A DNA stretch of 64,000 bases from Trichosphaerium sp. ATCC 40318 (taxonomy: Eukaryota; Protista; Tubulinea), in NCBI GenBank assembly GCA_038496445.1, contig JALMLS010000079.1, positions 62,001 through 126,000 on the forward strand, given 5' to 3'. This document shows, one piece after another, positions 56,038 through 64,000 of this stretch. The notes beneath the pieces were generated by a model. The model saw only the letters and a list, made by a program, of their open reading frames with translations. It did not search any database and had not been told where the DNA came from. Position numbers and translations under genes: made by a program. How positions within the stretch are numbered: the first letter of the stretch is position 1; each line of letters begins with the position of its first letter.

Positions 56038-56410
56038 CTAATCCAAGTCGTCATCATCGAAGTCATCTTCGAACTCTACACGCAAGTTAACCAGAGTAAA
56101 CGCTACAAGCAGATAACTACAACGACGTTTAACGTCGCAAATAAAATTGTTGATAAAGACCCTTGAAATTAAAACAAAGGTTGTTGGGTGTCTAGGACGT
56201 TGTAGCTATTATGAAACAACGTAAGTTGGGTTTAAACGAACCATTGTAGAAATCTATGTGAAGCAATTTATCAGCAGAGTCACCGCCCATCATCATGGCT
56301 TCCATAGTGAAGTTTTCGTCCATATCGCCTCCCCATTGCGCTTCGTCACCTCCACCGAAGCTTCCAAGTATACCACCGCCAAAGAAGTGTGCTCCACCGC
56401 GTCTGGACAT
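56038..56410 (-). CDS. COPS9: COP9 signalosome subunit 9 (CSNAP/MYEOV2-like)
   Basis: Two exons giving the diagnostic C-terminus HIDFYNEFEDDFDDDDLD*. Confidence 0.85.
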
Positions 56411-56480
56411 TATTGTTATTGTTTTTAAACCGCGTTTGACTGCATTGTTTTTTTGTTTTGATTCACTTGTCCTTGCCTCA

Positions 56481-59400
56481 ATGGCTTCTTCAGAGATAAA
56501 TATTGAGTCGTTTCTACGAGAACTGGATGAATTAGAAGCACAGGAAGACTCAGGTGCGCTAATTAGAGCAAAGTGACGTGACGTTAAAGTTAACTCTTGG
56601 TGAGGCGTTGTGGCACCAATCGCACACCTATCAGGTGTTTCTGAGGAAAGTTTACGTTTAACAAGTACAAGTGATGCTGAATACAGCTATATCGCTGATT
56701 TTCGTGACTCATTCGTAGCTGAAGTGCGTGTTTTTGAACAAAACAATACTAATAACCGTTAGGCGCCGCCAGCCCTCCCTAGCGTATCAAAATCGCTTGA
56801 CAGCGAAGAAATGTTGCAATTGTTTTTCGATGCGTCGCAAGGTATGACATATAAGCGGTGGAGTGTCATTGTGTTCCTATTCTGTTGTATTTAACTCCTG
56901 TTTTCAAGATTGGGACCTGTACGAGCCTCCAAGTGCTAGAGCAGTACCGGCTGACATTGATATGGCTTCGTGCTATATTATGGATCCAACACAACCAGCA
57001 AACACGCTCAAAGTAACTACTGATGTGTTGACAGGCGAAATAAAAGGTGCACGCCATTTTTTTGAAAAAGGGAATTGCATTGTTAATACCGCAAGCAAGG
57101 CTTCAAAGAAGTTGATGCTGGAGACATTGGCGAGTCACCTGACGCTTCTTTATCACTATTACGTGCTCCAAATGCGCCTGAAGACTTTGTGAGAGGAAAC
57201 AAGGACAACATTCCATTTCTTCCAGGTATTTTTTTTTGAAATGATGATTACATCATTTTGACACGTGTCATGTCATTAAGTTTTTGGTTAAAATTCACTT
57301 TCTTTTTTGTTTTGTTAAGGTTTGAATGTGCTTATTGTATGTGACATATCTATAGGTGGTCTTGATAAAGAGAAGAATGAAGAAAAAGAATATATAGTGG
57401 ATAAAGACACCATGTTCGATTTTAGTGAACAAAAACTTCATCGGTTTGCGCCTGGATTGGATGTTGGATTTATCTTTGATAAAGAAGGCAAACCCATTGC
57501 AATTAATAAATCAGGACAAGCTCTAGACGGTGCCACTGGTGACAAAGGTAAGTGTAATATGCATCCTCACCGTATCTGGAAGGTAGCGCTGACTCTATTA
57601 TCTGTAGTGCCAGGAGAAGCCCCTCAGAGTATTCGCTCTCGTTTTGGTACCTCAAAACCAGATGAATATTATGACCAGATTAAAGGAGAACGAGAAAACG
57701 AAGCTTATGTACATGGTTGACAGTACTCTTGTTTTTATTCATTTTTGTTTGTTTAGAATCGTGAACGTGAGTTACAGCATAATTTGCGCATTGCAAATGC
57801 CTCAGATAAGGTGATATCAGTTGACGATGACAATCCACCTAAAAAGAGTGATGTGTCATCTATTGTTCCTTTGAAGCGTACAAACAGTATGAACGATCTC
57901 ATGGGCAATGATAAACCAGTACGTGAAAGAGCTCAAAGCATTCACATGAAATCGTTTTCTCATCAAAATATAGGAAGCATGGCTTAACAAGATTAGAAAA
58001 GAAGTTAATGACGCCCAAGCGTCGTCTTTCGAATGGGCTGTTATGGATAGACTGGATATGTGGAACTTTGAAGATTTGGTTCCTGAGATGGCCTTAGAGG
58101 TACTCGATTTGCACCTTTCTTGCCCTAGTATTAAATGGATTACTAGTATCCTTTCGAGCTTGATGACTTTCAAAAAGAAGCTATTTACCACGTTGAAAAC
58201 GGAGAGGTATGTGTTCAACTGCTACATGAGGCATTTCTCTTTAACTTACTCTTGATTCATAGAATGTTTTCGTGGCAGCGCATACATCTGCCGGAAAGAC
58301 AGTAGTCGCAGAATACGCTATTGCCTTGTGTGCAAAGCACATGACGAGGTAATGTTGTCAATTTTTCTTTTTTGGATGTTGTCTAAAAGTAAGGTGTCTA
58401 GGGTCGTTTATACTTCTCCTATAAAAGCTTTGAGTAATCAAAAGTATCGTGATTTCAAGGGTGTGTTTCAAGATGTTGGCCTTATTACAGGTGATGTACA
58501 AGTGTCTCCTGAGGCGAGTTGTCTGATTGTTACAACTGAAATTCTAAGGTAAAGCATAAAGTAACATTTTCTCAGTAATAACTATTGCCAATAGATCTAT
58601 GTTGTACAAAGGTGCAGATCTTATACGTGATGTGGAATGGGTAGTTTTTGATGAAGTTCACTATATTAATGACCCAGAGCGTGGTGTTGTTTGGGAAGAA
58701 GTGATAATTATGTTACCTGACCATGTTAATATGATATTCCTTTCAGCTACTGTACCAAATACCTATGAGTTTGCAGATTGGGTTGGGTATGTCCTGCTTT
58801 TGTCATTTGACTTCTTGTTGTGTTCTTTCTGATGGATTGTGTTTAGCCGAACTAAAAAGAAGAATGTTTATGTTGTCAGCACTCCAAAGCGTCCAACACC
58901 ACTTGAACATTATCTGTTGGGTACAGGACAGATGTTTAAAGTACTAGACAAGGAAAAACATTTCCTTTCTGGAGGATGGAGATCTTGTAGTGCTGCTTTT
59001 AAAGCCAAGAACAAGAAAGCTGAAGAAAACGCAAAGAAAAAAGGCAGACGGCCGCCTCAGCGACGTTCATTCGCTTCTGTATGATTACTTCTTCCTTTTA
59101 AAACACTTCTCCAGGCTTATGCTCTATCTAGGAGGTGACTCTATACTTGCAAGCAGTTAATCTATTGAACATGAAGAAGTTATTGCCTGTTGTTGTCTTT
59201 TCTTTCTCGAAACGCAAGTGTGAAGATTTGGCGTTCGGTTTGACCTCTATAAATTTGAATACACGATCAGAAAAGAGTAAGATTCATTCAACCTTCCAAA
59301 GGTCTATTCAACGATTAAAGGGTAAGTCACTTTTTTGCAATCATCTCAAGTCTTTACCCTGCGTTTGGCTTACACTCTTTGTGCTAGGTACTGATAGAGA

Positions 59401-62400
59401 ACTGCCACAAGTCATCAGAATGAAAGATCTGTTGGAAAGGGGTATTGGTGTACATCATGGCGGTTTATTGCCAATAATCAAAGAGGTAATGAAGGCTTTT
59501 TGCACGTGTTACGTTTGTTTTGTTAAAGGCATATTTAGATTGTGGAATTATTGTTCTCACAAGGGCTTGTAAAAGTCTTGTTTGCTACAGAAACGTTTGC
59601 TATGGGTGTGAATATGCCAGCACGTTGTGTGTTATTCTCTCAAACCCGGAAACACGATGGCACAGACTACAGAGACTTACTCCCAGGTACACTCACAAGC
59701 CCAATCGCCGAATGGTGATTAAATTGTTGTGCAGGTGAATACACTCAGATGGCGGGTCGTGCAGGTCGCCGTGGTCTTGATGATGTTGGTACTGTAATTA
59801 TCATGTGCAAAGAGGAACCACCAGAGGTATGTAACTCTTTAACGGACATTCATTGTTTGGTTAATAGTTTGTTTTTAGTCTTCAGCGCTGAATCAGATGC
59901 TCACTGGCAAGGCTACGAGACTTAATTCTCAGTTCCGTCTTACTTACGGCATGATATTGAATATTTTGCGTGTTGGTACAGACTTTAAAGTGGAGGATAT
60001 GATAAAGAGAAGTTTCAGTGAGGCTATGCAGCAAAAGATTATCAAAAAACAAAAAGAGCGATTACAAAAGGTACTATCAACAAGACCTGCTTGTATGTTT
60101 AACACTTTCAACGCTAGGGCGAAATGCAGCTGTTGGACATTGAAGATATTGGCTGTTTAGTGGGCGGAGAGCCTGACATCGAGTCGTACTATCACACCAG
60201 TCAGCAGCTAGTTGACTTGGAAAAGTCGTTGATTCAAAGAGCTATAACAGCAGGTGGCGCTACGAGATTCCTGACAAAGGGAAGAGTCATTGTCATAAAC
60301 AATAGACAGGTGCGCCCTATATTCAATGTTTGCAAGCAAAGGCACACAAAACTATGCCCAGCAATTTTGCACATGTGCAGTTAAGGTTGTTATTTCAAAG
60401 AATCAAAATTAACAAACGCGTGAGCTCCAACGTCGTAACTACTCCATCCAGAACATTCCCTTTCTCTACCACAAGTTAGTCGCCGCGTTGGCCCAATGGT
60501 AAGGCGCGTGCTTACGGGGCATGAGATTCTGGGTTCGAGCCCCAGGCGTGGCTAATCAACAGTTTTGCTCTTTTTACATGCGTGTGTTATCTTTTTAAAC
60601 GTTTTTTGAGGGTTAAGAATTTATGTACTGAAAATTTTTGGAGGTAGGCGCGGTTTTTACTTTCATTCAGTGAATTCGCTTTGAACTTTTAGATAGTATT
60701 CGCAACTCTTTTTAACACTCGCAAATCAAAAGTTCGGTGTAATATAATTCACTACCGGCTACTGTTCTATGTTCAAATCCGGAATTACAACGCCAGTGCT
60801 GCATATATTACTTCCAATGGCGGTGTTGTTGGATTTGCTCTTTTTGTTGTTCTGAGTTTGCTATTAGCTTGCCTGGGCATTGGATGGTTGAAGTTTTATA
60901 GAAATTATTTCGTATTATTTGACTTGTCGTCATCTTGTCATAATACTAATTATCCTGGTTAGGGTAACATGGGATCTGGCCTTACAGCGGTAATAATTCG
61001 TGAGATGAAACAAGGTGCTGGTTACTTTGAGGGCAATGCTGAGCTTGTACGTACTGTTACACTTTGTGTTTCTTAATTTTAATATTACATTCAAAGAATG
61101 CCACTTATTCTGTACTTGTCATGATGGGCAAACCAGGCGATGCGTTAAAAGAACCTTACAAGCTATTGACAATTGTTGCAAGCGATATTAAGCATATCTG
61201 CAGAGCAACACTCAAGGTGACTTTATAACTATTAGTATTCTTCTTACTTAGCTTTTTGGTTCATAGTTGGACATTGTTGGTATTAGCGCTGTAAGACTTG
61301 CTCAACGAACAAAAGAGGAGTGTTACAAGCAACTATATAAGGTAGTTGTTGCTGCACATCCTAATATTCCTGAACCGTTGGACTATATTAAAGACATGAA
61401 GATAAAGGTACCTATTGACACGCACTATCAAACAAAAAAAAAGTGGAATGTTAATTGGTTTTAGAACGCTTCTTTTGTTGATGACTATCGCCTGCAACAG
61501 TCGCTGTCCCAACGTAAAACATCTTCCAAGTGCAACAAGTGCCCTCACTTAAAGTCTCAGGTACATATTTGAAACCACGTGGTTTATTCACAAAGTTAAC
61601 GAGCCTTGCGCATATAGTTCGACAAGATGGATAAACAGCAAAAGTTGAAAGATCATGTGTCCGCGCTTAAGTTCATTACTTCTGACTCCGCACTACGTCT
61701 TATGCCCGAGTTCAACCAGCGCTTGGACGTACTTATGAAGCTGAACTACATTAACAGCAACAAGATCGTACAACTCAAGGGCAAGGTGGCTAGAGAGGTA
61801 GGCAAAAGTGCTTGATGTATAAATTGCGCTAATATTCACGTTTTCATCTTTTAGTTGACCACTTGTGAAGAACTTATTGCAACAGAGCTCATTTTCGAGA
61901 ATATACTAACAGGACTTGAGCCTGAGGAGATTGCATCGTTATTGTCTTGCTTGATCTTCCAGGACAGATCTGATAGTGATCCAAAGGTAACAGACGTTCT
62001 CGAACAAGCTGTCAAGAGTCTTGAAGAGATATCAAACAGTTTGGCAAACGCACAAGTTGAATGTGGTATGAGGATCACTCCTAGAGATTATTGCAAGTCA
62101 AACATCAATAAGGGGTTGATGGAAGTTGTATACGAATGGGCACGAGGTGTGGTACGTGATCGTTCTCTTTAAACACTCAAAACACGTCAAGTATTGTACT
62201 GTTTCCTGATCACTTTATTTTAGAGTTTCAAGACAATTGTTGAGCTGACGGATGTGCCTGAAGGTAAAAACTCGTTTACCCATTATTACCTTTTTTTCGT
62301 TTAACTTTTGTTTTTAAGGTACAATTGTGCGGTCTATTATAAGGTTGGATGAGACGTGCAGGGATTATAAGAGTGCTGCTAAAATTATTGGAGATTATGA

Positions 62401-62562
62401 GCTGGCTGCCAAGATGGAAGCGACATCTCAGCTTATCAAGAGGTACCCAACAACATCCTACTATTTTGTTTTTAATGAAATCCATTTGCTGCCCTTTTGT
62501 ACTTACAGCGTATTTCTTCTTTTAGGGATATTGTATTTGCGGCGAGTTTGTACATACAATAA
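56481..62562 (+). CDS. SKI2: Ski2-like DExH RNA helicase
   Basis: [100 protein letters not shown]. Confidence 0.93.
60482..60553 (+). tRNA. tRNA-Arg(ACG) inside a SKI2 intron
   Basis: Acceptor GCCGCGT/GCGTGGC, D arm GCC-CAATGGTAA-GGC, anticodon arm CGTGC-TTACGGG-GCATG, T arm CTGGG-TTCGAGC-CCCAG, downstream T tracts. Confidence 0.92.
60721..60845 (+). ncRNA. Candidate ~120-nt Pol III-type RNA with paired ends and B box
   Basis: GCAAATC(60721-27)/GATTTGC(60832-38) stem, B box GTTCAAATCC at 60771-80, hairpin ACAACGCC/GGTGTTGT, then TTTTT. Confidence 0.4.
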
Positions 62563-63027
62563 GTGCTTTAATAAATATTTACAAGCCTCGAAACTGCTTT
62601 TTACCTCAACTTGTTCGTTTAGTGACACATCTTTTTTGGTGCTCGCTACGCGAGTACTTGAGTATGTCAGTTACAAAAAACACGTTGTTTACAGACACTA
62701 CAAGAGGTGGTATAGTAAGCACTAATGGTGGAATCATAAATTTTAGTTGTTGCAGTTGTACACAAAGATCACGTAATAACAAGTTTGTTGCTCTACAAAA
62801 GAGCACAGTGAAAGGAAAGGATTCTTGAGTATTTTGTTAAAACACTTTCATGTTACTTTCAGGTTGCTCCACAAACACGCCAAATTCGTAAAAACAGAAG
62901 ACCTTTCACTATTAGGGTTGGTATCTCACTCCAGGCTTCCTATGACAATTGGCGCTACTAATAAAGGATTACGTTGCACATGTGAGCAAATCTAAAAAGC
63001 CTGCTATTCCAAATTTTTCGCGGTAGC

Positions 63028-63310
63028 TGCTAGTCTGCACTGTCTCTAAACATTTATGGACGCGTAAATTCGGTACTATTCGATACGAATGCACGCGGAC
63101 ATAAGCTTGCAGAATGTTACGAAGTTCTGTCTTGAGTATGCAAGATGGAGTTGCAGTTTCGCAATATTTGCAAAGATTGGCGCTATACGACGTCTACTGA
63201 ATGTTTTGAGTTGCACTTCTCCACTTCGGGTTTTCGGGTAGAGTATAGCAACATCAAAGGGTAACGCGAAACTCCGATACTAATCGGGAAGTCAAACGTC
63301 GGTCTTTGCG
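63028..63310 (+). ncRNA. Candidate multi-branched structured RNA (independent ncRNA or 5' leader of the C2 gene)
   Basis: ~26-bp interrupted hairpin 63107-63173, CGCGT/ACGCG hairpin, enclosing helix 63044-55/63199-210, 3' domain CAAAGG/TCTTTG. Confidence 0.45.
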
Positions 63311-63355
63311 TGTCAATCAAGTCATTAATCCTCAAACTCCACAAACAACACAACA

Positions 63356-64000
63356 ATGTCAGAAGTAGGTATGTTAAACATCAAATTGGTAGAAGCAAAA
63401 GACTTGCCAAACGAAGACGCCACTGGTACGTACCGTTAATTTCTGCCAACTCCTTTCTCGCTCTACTTGCCCGTCGCCGTTTACTTACTCCTTTTTCAAG
63501 GTAAGAGCGACCCTTTCGTCATCATTCAAGTGGGTAACGACTACCACTGGAGCAAAGCCTACAAAAGCAAGACAATCGATAACAACAACGCTCCTGTATG
63601 GAACGAAACATTTGAGTGCGTCTTTTGTGAGCCCAGAAGCCAACAAATCATTTCTTTTTGAAAAACTTTTTTTTTTTCTTGTTTGCTCTCTATCACCAAC
63701 TCTCGTTGTAGTATCCCTGTCAAAGAGCCAGAAAAGGATTCTGTACGTTTCACTCTTGTAGACGATGACGTATTGGGCTCAGATGACCACGTAAGATTGC
63801 GCGATCACCTGTTTTAGTTTCGAGATTTTTTTTTCTTTTTTTTTTCGGTTCGTAAGGTCTGATTTTGTTCGTTTAGCTCGGTATTGTAACTGTTGAGCTT
63901 AAAACACTTCCAAAAGGACAAGCAAAAGATTGCTGGTTGGGATTGAAGCTTAAAGGAAAAGATAGAGGTGCTGTACACGTTGTACTCACCGCCACTGGCT
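63356..64000 (+). CDS. C2-domain protein, truncated by the window end
   Basis: LNIKLVEAKDLPNEDATGKSDPFV...KSKTIDNNNAPVWNETF...VDDDVLGSDDHLG. Confidence 0.88.

Noticed and set aside
58146-58156. GTATCCTTT as a U12 donor
   Set aside because: It is an acceptor AG plus exon sequence encoding YPFELD of SKI2
62620-62921. Minus-strand CCAACCCTAA followed by CTGTTTTT, reminiscent of vertebrate telomerase RNA template and CR2
   Set aside because: I could not build a convincing pseudoknot, there is little room before the SKI2 3' end, and an 8-nt match is expected by chance

Overview
Gene-dense, intron-rich eukaryotic (protist-like) nuclear DNA using the standard genetic code; the organism is not identifiable from this window. 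Introns are mostly 35-70 nt, donors are often GTACGT/GTGCGT, several are GC-AG and one is U12-like. About 27 spliced genes were reconstructed by eye, so exon boundaries are approximate. They include a WD40 protein, a peptidase-S74 (MYRF-like self-cleaving) protein, PP2A scaffold, Tim22, COG4, fumarase, PTEN, ZPR1, ARID-FYR, calmodulin-like, X8-domain, aldo-keto reductase, F-box/Rab fusion, FKBP, DUF3501, F-box/SPRY, PH-domain, mitochondrial carrier, COPS9, SKI2 and a C2 protein. There is also one intronless APH-like kinase and a tRNA-Arg(ACG) inside a SKI2 intron. A ~7.5 kb AT-rich island (~5.0-12.3 kb) consists of nested non-autonomous DNA transposons with CAG...CTG-type ends, 2-bp target duplications, subterminal repeat arrays and CpG decay. 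The most interesting items are: several unassigned structured ncRNA candidates (13151-13625, ~63028-63310, 60721-60845); a class II fumarase with no presequence ending in the peroxisomal signal SKL; a mitochondrion-targeted, intron-bearing DUF3501; an S74 self-cleaving protein without a recognisable NDT80 domain; an F-box-Rab fusion; and the self-nesting 2-bp-TSD transposon family.
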